Below are positions 1 through 8,468 of a stretch of 60,996 nucleotides of DNA, one piece after another. Numbering within the stretch: the stretch's first letter is position 1; the number at the start of each line of letters is the position of its first letter. The notes under the pieces are model-generated. The model was not told the DNA's origin. It was given only the letters and a program-made list of their open reading frames with translations, and did no database searches. The stretch covers positions 1-60,996 of the IMG/VR virus record IMGVR_UViG_2788500553_000001. One strand, written 5' to 3'. Source of the stretch: a virus. Position numbers and translations under genes: made by a program.

Positions 1-543
1 TCATCGGCTTTCCTGATCGCCGCCGCGCTCGTCCTCGTCTTGGGGGTCCAGTGACTTCGTCAGTTCCACGCGGTGGAGGCCGTAGCCGCGGTCCGCGTAG
101 AACGCACGGGCGCGGTCGTTGTCTGCCAGCGCCTCTAGCGCCACGCGCTCGGCGCCCGCCTCGACGAGCGCGCGCTCGGCCGCGTCGAGCAGCGCCGCAC
201 CGACCCCCTCGCCGCGCCGGTCCGGTCGCACGAAGAGGTTGCTGACGGTTCCGCGGACGGCGTCGCGGTCGTAGTCACCGCGTTCGAGCGAGAAGCCGAC
301 GAACCCGACGGGGTCCGGATCGCCGGCGTCCGCTTCGGCCGCGGCTTCAGGGTCGCGAGCGACCAGCAGGTCGCCGGTAACCACCGACTGCGCGACCCAC
401 TCGCGGACGGTCGCGCGGTTCGCCTCGCCGCGGAGCGTGGCGCCGTACTCGCGCTGCCCCGCGGCGAGCGTCACCCACATGTCGGTGACCGGGTCGACGT
501 CGTCGGCGGTCGCCGGCTCGATCCGGGCGTCCGTCTCGGCCAT
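1..543 (-). CDS. GNAT family N-acetyltransferase (host)
   Basis: Acetyl-CoA motif A: LFVRPDRRGEGVGAALL; C-terminal NDRARAFYADRGY; acidic haloarchaeal composition. Confidence 0.9.
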   Translation of the reverse strand: MAETDARIEPATADDVDPVTDMWVTLAAGQREYGATLRGEANRATVREWVAQSVVTGDLLVARDPEAAAEADAGDPDPVGFVGFSLERGDYDRDAVRGTVSNLFVRPDRRGEGVGAALLDAAERALVEAGAERVALEALADNDRARAFYADRGYGLHRVELTKSLDPQDEDERGGDQESR

Positions 544-629
544 ACGTTCGCGTTCGGCTCGCGACGTGTTGAGACTGCCGGCCGATGACTCGGCCTCGCC
601 GTTGGCGCATCGAACGGCGGCCCAGCGAC

Positions 630-1352
630 TCAGACCTCGCGGCAGTTCGGGCAGACGGCCTGCCCGTTCGCGGTGACGAGGTCGGGGACGAGCGCGCCGC
701 AGCTCTCGCAGACCCCTTGCGTCGAGCCCTCGCTCGGCGCACCCGTCACCGGGTCGACGTCGTCTTCGCTTCCGGAGGGGCCGTCTCCCGAGGCGGCCGC
801 GGCGGGCTCCGATGCCGTGGCCGGGTCCATCGTCGCCGCGGCGCTCCGCTCCGCGTCGGAGTCCGCCGCGGCCGCGGTCGACAGCACGGTCTCCTCCGGG
901 TGGGGGTCGCCCGTCGCGGGTTCGTCACCGAAGCCGTCGGCGCCGGCGCCCGTCCGCGGCGCCCCCGCGGCGAGCGCGTCGCCGTCCGTGACGACGCCGA
1001 CCGCCTCCCCGTCGTCGACGGCGACGACTCGGTCCGTCCCCTCGGCGACGAGCCGCTCTTCGAGCGCGGCGAGCGAGTCGTCCGGCGAGACCGTCGGCAG
1101 CGGCGGACTCATGGCCGCGCCGACCGTGGACGGCGGCCCCTCGGGCGACTCCCCGCCGTCGCCCGCCTCCAGCAGCACCTCGAGCGCGTCGCGGGCCTCC
1201 AGCCGTCCCACCGGCTCGCCGCCGCGCACGACCACCAGACAGTTGGTCTCCTCTTCAACCAAGAGCGCGGCCGCCTCCGGCAGCGCGTCCGACTCGCTGA
1301 CGCCGAGGAACTCGCGGTGCATCACGTCATAAACCGTGGTGTCTGTTCGCAT
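630..1352 (-). CDS. CBS-domain pair protein with C-terminal zinc ribbon (host)
   Basis: Two CBS repeats (VYDVMHREFLGVSESDAL; VGAAMSPPLPTVSPDDSL...VGVVTDGD) and C-terminal CESCG...CPNC. Confidence 0.85.
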   Translation of the reverse strand: MRTDTTVYDVMHREFLGVSESDALPEAAALLVEEETNCLVVVRGGEPVGRLEARDALEVLLEAGDGGESPEGPPSTVGAAMSPPLPTVSPDDSLAALEERLVAEGTDRVVAVDDGEAVGVVTDGDALAAGAPRTGAGADGFGDEPATGDPHPEETVLSTAAAADSDAERSAAATMDPATASEPAAAASGDGPSGSEDDVDPVTGAPSEGSTQGVCESCGALVPDLVTANGQAVCPNCREV

Positions 1353-1442
1353 ACGTTCCGGATCCGCTCCGACCGGCTAAAAGGTGCCCCCGGTAGCGTT
1401 TTATCCGTGCCCGGCCTACGCTTGCGATCGGTTCGCATATCC

Positions 1443-1486
1443 GGCGGGGCGAGTCGCGTCCGGACGCCCTGCGGGCGCGCCCCGCC
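1443..1486. repeat. GC-rich nested inverted repeat in host intergenic region
   Basis: GGCGGGGCG (1443-1451) pairs with CGCCCCGCC (1478-1486) and encloses the palindrome GCGTCCGGACGC. Confidence 0.5.
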
Positions 1487-1567
1487 GACGAAAGGGAGCG
1501 TTCAAACCCTCCGACGTTCGAACTGGGACATGGCCATTCCCTCGATACTCACCGCGCGGATCAGGCC

Positions 1568-1576
1568 AATATTTTT
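1568..1576 (+). promoter_or_regulatory. Putative TATA box of leaderless integrase transcript
   Basis: AATATTTTT about 26-34 nt upstream of ATG 1602, typical haloarchaeal spacing. Confidence 0.45.
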
Positions 1577-1601
1577 CTCCACCGCCGACTGATCGCCGCC
1601 T

Positions 1602-2918
1602 ATGGCGCTCACCCCACGCGAACAACTCGCGTCGGAACGCCACCGGATCGAGGACGCCGTCGGCGATTTTCTCACCGCCGACGAGGCCAATCGCATCCTT
1701 ACGTTCGCCGACGCACTCGACGACAGCACCGTCAGCGAAAAATACCGCGACCCCGACGGCGAACTCCAAACCCACGCCCCGAAGACGATCAAGAGTTACA
1801 TCAGCGGCATCCGCCTCACCGCCCGCGAGGGCGTCGACCTCACCGACACGACGGCCGATGAGGTCAACGAGCAGATGAACTGCTTTCACGACGACGACGG
1901 CCTCTCGAAGTCGACACTCGGCGTCCGGCAGTCGGCGCTGAAGGCGTTTTACAACCATCACGACGACCTCGGCGTCGACCCTAACGACATCGTCCGCTTC
2001 AAACCCGACAAGTCGAGTAGCGTCGACGAGACGGATATGTTCACGGCCGACGAAGTCGAGGCCCTCCGTCGCGCGGTCGGCGAGACGCAACTCCCGCTCC
2101 GCAACCGCGCGTTTCTCGAACTGTGTATCTTTACCGGCCAGCGCAAACTCGCTCTTCTCACACTCCGCCTCCGCGATGTCGATGTCGAGAACGGCTACAT
2201 CTACCTCAACGACGAGTTCGAGGCCGAAAACGCCGGCCTGAAGGGCGCCCTCGAACGCGGCCGGAAGCGTCCCATGTTCGGCGCGACCAAGTACGTCCGT
2301 GACTGGCTCAACCATCATCCGCACCGCGACGATGACGACGCGTGGCTGTTCATCCCCGACCCGAGCAACGCCCAGTCGAGTACCGGCGACTACTGGTCGG
2401 AGCCGTCCGTCGAACGCCTCTTCTCGCGCGTCGCCGACACGGCCGGCATCGACGACAAGCCGGTCAAGCCCCACAACTTCCGGCACTTCTGCGCGACGGT
2501 CCTGTATCGCGACTACGATGTCGATACCGACACGATCCGGATGCTCCTCGGGCACTCCGATACGAGTCGCACGCTCGAGAAGACGTATAGCCACGTTTTC
2601 GACGAGGACTATGTGCGGAAGGCCGAGGAGGCGATGGGGTTCCGCGATGCCGACGAGGACGACCGAAAGGCGCTCACGCCCGAGACGTGTCCGACGTGCG
2701 GCACGCTGATCGAGCCGGACTGGCGCTCGTGTCCGAACTGTAACGCGGTGTTCGGACCAGAAGAGGAGGTGAAGGTTGCGGCGGATGAAGTCGAGGACGA
2801 GGCAACGGACGCTGCCCTTTCCCGCGATTTGAGCGAAGACGAACGCGAGGGGCTACGAACGCTGCTGTCTCTCGTCGACGATCCGGCCGCGCTCGCGAAG
2901 AAGCTCGACGACGTGTAA
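1602..2918 (+). CDS. int: Tyrosine integrase with C-terminal zinc ribbon
   Basis: Catalytic motifs TGQR, HNFRH, LLGH and YSH; CPTC...CPNC zinc ribbon. Confidence 0.93.
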   Translation: MALTPREQLASERHRIEDAVGDFLTADEANRILTFADALDDSTVSEKYRDPDGELQTHAPKTIKSYISGIRLTAREGVDLTDTTADEVNEQMNCFHDDDGLSKSTLGVRQSALKAFYNHHDDLGVDPNDIVRFKPDKSSSVDETDMFTADEVEALRRAVGETQLPLRNRAFLELCIFTGQRKLALLTLRLRDVDVENGYIYLNDEFEAENAGLKGALERGRKRPMFGATKYVRDWLNHHPHRDDDDAWLFIPDPSNAQSSTGDYWSEPSVERLFSRVADTAGIDDKPVKPHNFRHFCATVLYRDYDVDTDTIRMLLGHSDTSRTLEKTYSHVFDEDYVRKAEEAMGFRDADEDDRKALTPETCPTCGTLIEPDWRSCPNCNAVFGPEEEVKVAADEVEDEATDAALSRDLSEDEREGLRTLLSLVDDPAALAKKLDDV

Positions 2919-2920
2919 CG

Positions 2921-3154
2921 TTATCTCTCGTCGTTCAGGAGGCGTGCGTGTTCATCGAGGCCCGCATCGATTAAATCCGCTGTCTCCGGCGTCTCGTCGT
3001 TCGCAAGGGCCAGCAACGTTCGGGCCATCGCCCCGACTTGCCCATCCCAGTCGGCGAGCGTCTCCAAGTCGGACTCCCCATCAGCCAGCTCGGCCTCGTA
3101 CTCTGCGACTCGTTTGTCGCGGCTTCGATCGTTATCTCCCTCTGCGTGGGCCAT
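2921..3154 (-). CDS. Small acidic hypothetical protein
   Basis: Acidic 77-aa ORF convergent with the integrase. Confidence 0.55.
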   Translation of the reverse strand: MAHAEGDNDRSRDKRVAEYEAELADGESDLETLADWDGQVGAMARTLLALANDETPETADLIDAGLDEHARLLNDER

Positions 3155-3278
3155 CGGTACTCACCCGGTGAAAGCGGCGCATCCCGTCGCAGCCGTCGCA
3201 CCAGTTCCACGTCCCGACGCCGAACGCGTTGGGGATCGCGGTCGCGGCGCCGCACTCCGAACAGCGATACTCACCCAT
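3132..3278 (-). CDS. 48-aa zinc-finger microprotein (not in ORF track)
   Basis: Manual translation MGEYRCSECGAATAIPNAFGVGTWNWCDGCDGMRRFHRV...; two CxxC; overlaps neighbouring stop/start codons. Confidence 0.6.
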   Translation of the reverse strand: MGEYRCSECGAATAIPNAFGVGTWNWCDGCDGMRRFHRVSTDGPRRGR

Positions 3279-3522
3279 CGACGATCACCTCGAACTCCGT
3301 TTCACCGATTCTCGTTCTCTGTTTTCGATCCAGTACCTCGTCCGCCGACGTGCCGCATTCTTGGCAGTAGAACCGCGGTGGCTCCGCCGTGGTGAAGCCC
3401 GACTGTGACCGCTCGACGACGTTAACCGAGCCGCAGTCGATACACGCGAACCGCCACGGAAACCCGTACTTGTCGCCGATCGGCGTTCGAGCCCTACCCC
3501 TCGGGCGTTCAAGACCCGGCAT
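3271..3522 (-). CDS. Small zinc-finger protein
   Basis: CIDC and CQEC; start reassigned to MPGLERP (3522). Confidence 0.6.
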   Translation of the reverse strand: MPGLERPRGRARTPIGDKYGFPWRFACIDCGSVNVVERSQSGFTTAEPPRFYCQECGTSADEVLDRKQRTRIGETEFEVIVDG

Positions 3523-3979
3523 CGTCACCCCGCTCTGGGAAGTCATCGCGGTCGCGGTCCGAACACTCCGCACAGACGCGTTCGCCGTCGGGGCGGCCGG
3601 CTGCCACTTTCGTCGCAACGCCATCGGGGACGCGGTCGCACTCACTTTTTCGCAGGACGTGCCACTCGCCGTAGTAGATATCAGCTCCACACTCGACACA
3701 CTCACCGGCAACGGCGGGTTTGTCCTGCCGCTCGATCACCTCGTCATCTATCGACAGCCCGTAGTCGAGGTCGGCGTCGATCGAGTCGTAGTTCGCGTCG
3801 AGTACCTCCACGATGTCGGCGATGTGATCGAGGACCGGTTCGATATCCTCGTGCGCCTGCTCGTGATACTCGTCGCCGATGTCGTCGAACGCCGCCGCGT
3901 CGAGTTTCGCCGCGTGTCGGCATAGGCGTCGATACTTCGCTTCGGTCGGGTGTTCTCGGGCATGATCGCCGTCAGTCAT
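3509..3979 (-). CDS. Hypothetical protein with C-terminal zinc finger
   Basis: Acidic; CVEC and CAEC; start reassigned to MTDGDH (3979). Confidence 0.65.
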   Translation of the reverse strand: MTDGDHAREHPTEAKYRRLCRHAAKLDAAAFDDIGDEYHEQAHEDIEPVLDHIADIVEVLDANYDSIDADLDYGLSIDDEVIERQDKPAVAGECVECGADIYYGEWHVLRKSECDRVPDGVATKVAAGRPDGERVCAECSDRDRDDFPERGDDAGS

Positions 3980-4142
3980 GTGTTTCACCTCGGCTGTCGC
4001 TTCCGTCGATGAGTCGTTGCCTGACTTCACGATACACGGCCCAGACCGGCGGGTAGAAAACGAAGCCGAGCAAAACGAGGAGGACACCGAAACACACCGC
4101 CGCGATCGCCGCCGCGAGTGTCGCCGCCGGACTACCGATCAT
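3972..4142 (-). CDS. 56-aa single-pass membrane protein (not in ORF track)
   Basis: Manual translation MIGSPAATLAAAIAAVCFGVLLVLLGFVFYPPVWAVYREVRQR...; hydrophobic helix followed by a charged tail. Confidence 0.55.
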   Translation of the reverse strand: MIGSPAATLAAAIAAVCFGVLLVLLGFVFYPPVWAVYREVRQRLIDGSDSRGETHD

Positions 4143-4308
4143 CGGCAGTCACCTCCGTCTCGACGACCTCGACGATCGGATCGCCGTACTCCGCCCGGAA
4201 CGTCGTCGGACACTCTTCACATACGTAGGTCTCGACGATCGTGTTTCGATGCCGTTGCGTGGCGACGATTTCAGTCGCCATCGAGTCGCACTCTGGACAT
4301 CGCGGCAT
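4132..4308 (-). CDS. CPxCG-like zinc-finger microprotein
   Basis: MPRCPECDS...YVCEECP. Confidence 0.65.
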   Translation of the reverse strand: MPRCPECDSMATEIVATQRHRNTIVETYVCEECPTTFRAEYGDPIVEVVETEVTADDR

Positions 4309-4775
4309 CAGAAAAACACCTCCGTCGGTCTGAACTCCGCTCCGATGTGGTCGGGCGTGCCGTCGTCGACCCAATCAGGCGATATCGAGAACTGCTTCAC
4401 GTCGCGTTCGAGGTCGATCGCCCGAGCGTCGATATGGAAGTGATCGGCGCCGGGCGACCACTCGCGCCGGGTCGACCATCGAACCGACAGGACCGGCATC
4501 GCGCCGATCGCCTCCGCGAACGCGACAAACGCCTCCGTCTTCGCGACGCTGATGTCGATGTACTTGTCGGTCTCCGACGAGTTGTATTTCTCCTCGATCG
4601 CATACAACCGGCACAGGTCGGCCGGGAAAGCGTCGGAGGTCGGCTCCCCGACGAGGATGTCGCCGGCGTCGTGTGCGTGATGATAGCCGCCACCGCCCGT
4701 TTTGTCGACCTTCAGGCCGGTGTATCCCTGTTCCTCCAACGCGTTGAGGAGCTTTCGCTCGGTTCTACTTCCCAT
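4308..4775 (-). CDS. hjc: Archaeal-type Holliday junction resolvase (PD-(D/E)XK)
   Basis: N-terminal G.R.ERKL..AL...GY, GDIL, IEEK motifs; 155 aa, as in the Hjc family. Confidence 0.75.
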   Translation of the reverse strand: MGSRTERKLLNALEEQGYTGLKVDKTGGGGYHHAHDAGDILVGEPTSDAFPADLCRLYAIEEKYNSSETDKYIDISVAKTEAFVAFAEAIGAMPVLSVRWSTRREWSPGADHFHIDARAIDLERDVKQFSISPDWVDDGTPDHIGAEFRPTEVFF

Positions 4776-4938
4776 AGTCGATCACCTCTTTCTGCGCGTC
4801 GCGGAGCGCGGCGACGAACTGCGCGCCACACCCCCGGCACGAAAACGTCAGGTCGATGCCGTGGCTGAGGTAGTCAGTATTTTCGAGGTCGACCTCCGTC
4901 TGGTGACACTCCGGGCACTCATGAAGGTCACTCGTCAT
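4765..4938 (-). CDS. 57-aa zinc-finger microprotein (not in ORF track)
   Basis: Manual translation MTSDLHECPECHQTEV...FSCRGCGAQFV... Confidence 0.6.
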   Translation of the reverse strand: MTSDLHECPECHQTEVDLENTDYLSHGIDLTFSCRGCGAQFVAALRDAQKEVIDYGK

Positions 4939-5134
4939 ACTCGACCACCTCGTGATTCTCCGCGTTCAGTTTCGCACCGTTGAACGCCGACCGGATCACG
5001 CCGTCGCCGCCGACGTACGCGTCGAGAAAGTCCAGCGTGTTCGTCTCTTGAACGGTGACCTCGGTGCCGGCCTGACGGTCAGACGCCGTCAAAAACCGCG
5101 CTACGCGATCGTCGGCGTCATCTGCGTCAGACAT
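4928..5134 (-). CDS. Hypothetical protein
   Basis: Acidic 68-aa ORF in a tightly packed operon. Confidence 0.55.
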   Translation of the reverse strand: MSDADDADDRVARFLTASDRQAGTEVTVQETNTLDFLDAYVGGDGVIRSAFNGAKLNAENHEVVEYDE

Positions 5135-5706
5135 CAGGCCTCACCCCCGAACACGCTGTCTTCGACCATCTCTGCCGTCTCGACGACCTCTGCCGCTTCC
5201 GGGTCATCCGCGATCGCGTAGTACTTCGCCACGTCGCGGAGCCAGCCGACCAGCGACTCGGCCCGCTCGGCGCTCATCTCGAACTCGACACGTTCGATCA
5301 GGTCGACCGTTTCCGTCCGGCCATCCCGCGACCGATCCGCCCCCGACTCGTGCGCGCTGGAGGGCTTGTTTCGGTCCTCCATCTTGATCGCCTCGTGCGC
5401 CGCCGGGTGATGCCGGTTCAGCGTCTTGTTCGCGTAGTTGCGATGCCGATGCGGCACGACTTCACGACTGAGGGCACACAGCGAGTCCCAGTCGCGGCTC
5501 GGATCGATCGCGGCCTCGATGACCGCGATCTGGTCGTCGTTAAGGTCGTCGCGATCGGTGGCCGCATCGGGCCACGTCTCAGTTGTCTCGACGCCCTCCG
5601 CGTCCTCGCCCGGCACCTCGACTTCGCCTTCTTCCGGCACCTCGATCTCCGACAGATACGTCATCGTCGCGTCGATCGCAGATCCTTCGTAGTCGCGATC
5701 CATCAC
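5134..5706 (-). CDS. Hypothetical protein, possible HTH DNA-binding region
   Basis: Acidic; LNDDQIAVIEAA...SLCALSREV...NYANKTL resembles haloarchaeal HTH segments. Confidence 0.55.
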   Translation of the reverse strand: MMDRDYEGSAIDATMTYLSEIEVPEEGEVEVPGEDAEGVETTETWPDAATDRDDLNDDQIAVIEAAIDPSRDWDSLCALSREVVPHRHRNYANKTLNRHHPAAHEAIKMEDRNKPSSAHESGADRSRDGRTETVDLIERVEFEMSAERAESLVGWLRDVAKYYAIADDPEAAEVVETAEMVEDSVFGGEA

Positions 5707-5948
5707 CGATCACCTCCGAGCAGTTCGGCCGGGTCCGGGCGGCAGTCGGTACACACCGGTTTCGTGGTCGGCACGCCCATCGCCGTCCGCACCTTCACTT
5801 CGTTCGTCTGCGCTCGATACACCTCGCGCCCGCACTCGAAACAGTCGACCGTCGCCGCCGAGCGCGGGTTCCAGTTACACGTTTGGCAAACTGTACCGTT
5901 CAGGGGAGCGCCACAGCGCGGGCACTCCTCGGGTTCGATTTTACTCAT
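5703..5948 (-). CDS. Double zinc-ribbon protein
   Basis: CPRCG..CQTC and CFECG..CTDC; TACCCCGGT motif immediately before the ATG. Confidence 0.7.
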   Translation of the reverse strand: MSKIEPEECPRCGAPLNGTVCQTCNWNPRSAATVDCFECGREVYRAQTNEVKVRTAMGVPTTKPVCTDCRPDPAELLGGDR

Positions 5949-5966
5949 AACCGGGGTAACAGGCCG

Positions 5967-6455
5967 CTAAACCGAATCGTTCAAACAGCCGATGCTACAG
6001 AAAACGACGCCGTCGTACCGCTCGACCGGGTCGTCTATCTGCCCGCCACACTCCGGACAGGACCCACCGGACGAGGGATCGACGCGGACGGCTTCCTGAA
6101 GCCACAGTTTCGACGCCGGCCAACTGTACGGCTCGCCATCCCACGCATCCGCCCCGACGAGAAACACGTCATCAACCGGCGTAACATCCGAATCGTCCCA
6201 GTAACTGGTGATCGACTCCTCGGTGCCGTCGCCAGTCGTGATCGTGTGTTCGCCGGCAGGACGCGCCGACGGCTCCACTATCGATCCGTTGACGGTCCGG
6301 TCCGTCTTCGTTTGGGCGAAGACATCCGCGTCAACTAACGGGCGGCGAGAGACCTCACCGACCTTTCGCAACTCCGCTTCTAACGACGTGTCCCACGTCA
6401 AATCGAGTCCAGTCGGGTCCCTTTTGCCAATCCCCTCAAGCTTCGGCATCCTCAC
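5967..6455 (-). CDS. Hypothetical protein with C-terminal TRASH-like zinc finger
   Basis: CPECGG...FCSIGC. Confidence 0.6.
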   Translation of the reverse strand: MRMPKLEGIGKRDPTGLDLTWDTSLEAELRKVGEVSRRPLVDADVFAQTKTDRTVNGSIVEPSARPAGEHTITTGDGTEESITSYWDDSDVTPVDDVFLVGADAWDGEPYSWPASKLWLQEAVRVDPSSGGSCPECGGQIDDPVERYDGVVFCSIGCLNDSV

Positions 6456-7113
6456 CTCCCGACAGCGCCGTCAGAATCGACGCCGCCGTTTCCTCGCCGA
6501 TACCGTCGACACGCTGAAGCGCCTCCCAGTCGACATCCGAGACGAACGCCGTCATCGACGGCCACCGCTCGGCCAACGCCGCCGCCGTTTTCGGGCCGAC
6601 GCCGGGGAGACACGCGTACATCTGCGTCGTCACATCGGCGTCTCTGCCGGTGATGTCCGGGGAGGGCACGTACGACCGGCTCGGGTCCTCGACGTGCTTA
6701 CGCGCCAATCTCACGCCGAGATCGACGAGTAATTCGGTCGAGGAACACGGGATCACCGCCTCGATCCCGTTTTCCCGCGCCGTCGTCGACGCGATATGCC
6801 CGCGAACCGACGCCGGCGACATCCCCGACTGCCATAACTGCTCGGACTCGACGAGGTCGCCGTCGATCAGGATGTACGCCGTCTCGAACGCGTCGGCGAG
6901 CTTCTCGATCTGCTCGGTAATCCGCCCGTCCTCGATTGAAGCGACGTAGTCGTCGATCGTCTTCCGCTCGACGCCGACCGTGCCGAAGACGATGTCCGCC
7001 GCGGCCAACTCCTCACGCTCGACGCCGTCGACCTCCTCGTGTTCGGCGACCAACGCCGCCACCTCGACCGGCTCGCGCGTGTCGACGACGGCCGGCACCG
7101 ACTCCTTACTCAT
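6436..7113 (-). CDS. ERCC4 (XPF/Mus81/Hef-family) nuclease with tandem HhH
   Basis: VVDTRE, ADI...VERKT..D, R..EQ motifs; HhH motifs LPGVGPKTA and VDGIGEETA. Confidence 0.88.
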   Translation of the reverse strand: MSKESVPAVVDTREPVEVAALVAEHEEVDGVEREELAAADIVFGTVGVERKTIDDYVASIEDGRITEQIEKLADAFETAYILIDGDLVESEQLWQSGMSPASVRGHIASTTARENGIEAVIPCSSTELLVDLGVRLARKHVEDPSRSYVPSPDITGRDADVTTQMYACLPGVGPKTAAALAERWPSMTAFVSDVDWEALQRVDGIGEETAASILTALSGGEDAEA

Positions 7114-7373
7114 CGCCCATCCTCCTCCGTGTACCGCCACATCCGACGCCACCGCGAGTTACCCGACCGCTCCCGCTCCTCGAACCGCGAGTCCTCCTCT
7201 AACATCCAGACGACGCGGAGTTGATTGTGCGTTATTGTCTCTTCGTCGTACAGCTTGAGGATCTCGCGGGCCGTCACGTTCGTTTTCACATCGCCGTGAT
7301 CGACGACGAACCGTTCGAGGAGACGCTCCGCATCGTCGATGGTGAGTTTTTCAGGATTCTGGTAAAATGCCAT
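7110..7373 (-). CDS. Hypothetical protein (possible winged helix)
   Basis: Start reassigned to MAFYQN; ends in WRRMWRY. Confidence 0.5.
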   Translation of the reverse strand: MAFYQNPEKLTIDDAERLLERFVVDHGDVKTNVTAREILKLYDEETITHNQLRVVWMLEEDSRFEERERSGNSRWRRMWRYTEEDGR

Positions 7374-7716
7374 GTTCGACGACCTCCAGCGTCGCGGGGA
7401 TCGTTTGCTCGCCATTGCTCCGTTCGACAGCGAGTCTGTCGATATGCCGACCGACGTACACCCGCGTCCGGGGCGTTCCTTCACGTTCGATGTGAAGCCG
7501 CTGCTCGTACGGCTTCGTCTGATACCACTCCGCCGTCGGCATCCGCAGGACGATGTTATCCCGGTCGGATGCGACCGCGATTTGAAACTCATGGCCAATG
7601 CCCTGACACGTCACGAACTGCTCTTCTGGCGTCAGATGCCGCTCGACATATCGAATCGGCAAGCGCACGAACGACCGCGACGCATCGATAACGGAGAGTT
7701 CCACGTCAGTCGGCAC
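7351..7716 (-). CDS. Hypothetical protein
   Basis: 121-aa ORF with plausible composition, overlapping both neighbours. Confidence 0.5.
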   Translation of the reverse strand: MPTDVELSVIDASRSFVRLPIRYVERHLTPEEQFVTCQGIGHEFQIAVASDRDNIVLRMPTAEWYQTKPYEQRLHIEREGTPRTRVYVGRHIDRLAVERSNGEQTIPATLEVVEHGILPES

Positions 7717-8125
7717 CGGCAGTCACCTCCGACAGTTTTTGCTGAATTGAACACTTCACTTCATTTTGGTGTTCCTTCTCAGTGTGTCGGAAGTAACTCG
7801 GATAGGGGTGATACTCACCTGTGCCTTGGTCGAACACCAACACCTCGGCTTCGAGGATCGTCTCCGGCAGCAGCGCCGCCATGAACCCCCACGCCCCGGA
7901 CACCTGAAACGGCACGATGTACCGGTCGTTGAGCAGGTCGTCGGCCTGCGCCGCCAACTGCTCTCGATCGAGTTCGTGGTTATTGAAGTTCCAAATCGTC
8001 ATCCCGGCGACGCGGCGCGGACTCAACGCCCGCCGCCTGACGAACGATACCACCTCGTCGGGCGTCGTGCCGTTCTCGACCAGCAGCGCGTCGTCGAGAT
8101 ACGGCGTCCCGAAGCTCTGACTCAT
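7706..8125 (-). CDS. Hypothetical protein
   Basis: Start reassigned to MSQSFG (8125), preceded by GGTGA and the 24-nt repeat. Confidence 0.65.
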   Translation of the reverse strand: MSQSFGTPYLDDALLVENGTTPDEVVSFVRRRALSPRRVAGMTIWNFNNHELDREQLAAQADDLLNDRYIVPFQVSGAWGFMAALLPETILEAEVLVFDQGTGEYHPYPSYFRHTEKEHQNEVKCSIQQKLSEVTAGAD

Positions 8126-8133
8126 CGTCGTTT

Positions 8134-8157
8134 CACCGGCGGTCGGTCGCCACCCAA
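8134..8157 (-). repeat. 24-nt direct repeat, copy following the 59-nt tRNA-like element
   Basis: TTGGGTGGCGACCgACCGCcGGTG; 22/24 identical to 8445-8468. Confidence 0.9.
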
Positions 8158-8215
8158 ACAACCGCGGGGAATTGAACCCCGCCACGGAGAGTAACTCCGT
8201 TACGCCAGCGGTTGC
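8157..8215 (-). ncRNA. 59-nt D-armless tRNA-like element
   Basis: Acceptor GCAACCG/CGGTTGT, linker CTGGCGTA, hairpin ACGGAG-TTACT-CTCCGT, T-arm CGGGG-TTCAATT-CCCCG, discriminator T. Confidence 0.65.
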
Positions 8216-8439
8216 TGCCCGGTTTCGAGGTCTTCTAACTCGATTCGGGCGTCGTCGTTGTCTGTCTCAAGACACGCTGCGAACAGCTCCAACGCTTCTT
8301 GGGGCGAATCACCCCGCACCGGCCTGTCAAGCTCCTCGTTTTCAACTTGCCAGCCCGTTCGCTCTTCATCGGTAATCCGATCGCGGAGCCGTACCTCTCG
8401 CAACGTCAATTCTACCTCGGTTAGCTCGGTTTTCGGCAT
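8200..8439 (-). CDS. Small acidic protein (possible HicB-like fold)
   Basis: MPKTEL...WQVENEELDRPVRGDSPQEAL; G-x-S/T-x-x-EAL resembles the HicB N-terminus; start at 8439. Confidence 0.55.
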   Translation of the reverse strand: MPKTELTEVELTLREVRLRDRITDEERTGWQVENEELDRPVRGDSPQEALELFAACLETDNDDARIELEDLETGQQPLA

Positions 8440-8444
8440 ACTGA

Positions 8445-8468
8445 CACCAGCGGTAGGTCGCCACCCAA
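8445..8468 (-). repeat. 24-nt direct repeat, copy following the 167-nt tRNA-like element
   Basis: TTGGGTGGCGACCtACCGCtGGTG. Confidence 0.9.

Noticed and set aside
585-2594. Long ORFs 585..1592 (+) and 1416..2594 (-)
   Set aside because: Arg/Val-rich antisense shadows of the CBS and integrase genes; composition unlike the acidic haloarchaeal proteome. The same applies to 19763..21061, 37754..39016, 41880..43496 and similar ORFs.
8134-8468. 24-nt direct repeats as a CRISPR array
   Set aside because: Only two copies, 287 nt apart, enclosing a gene; no cas operon.
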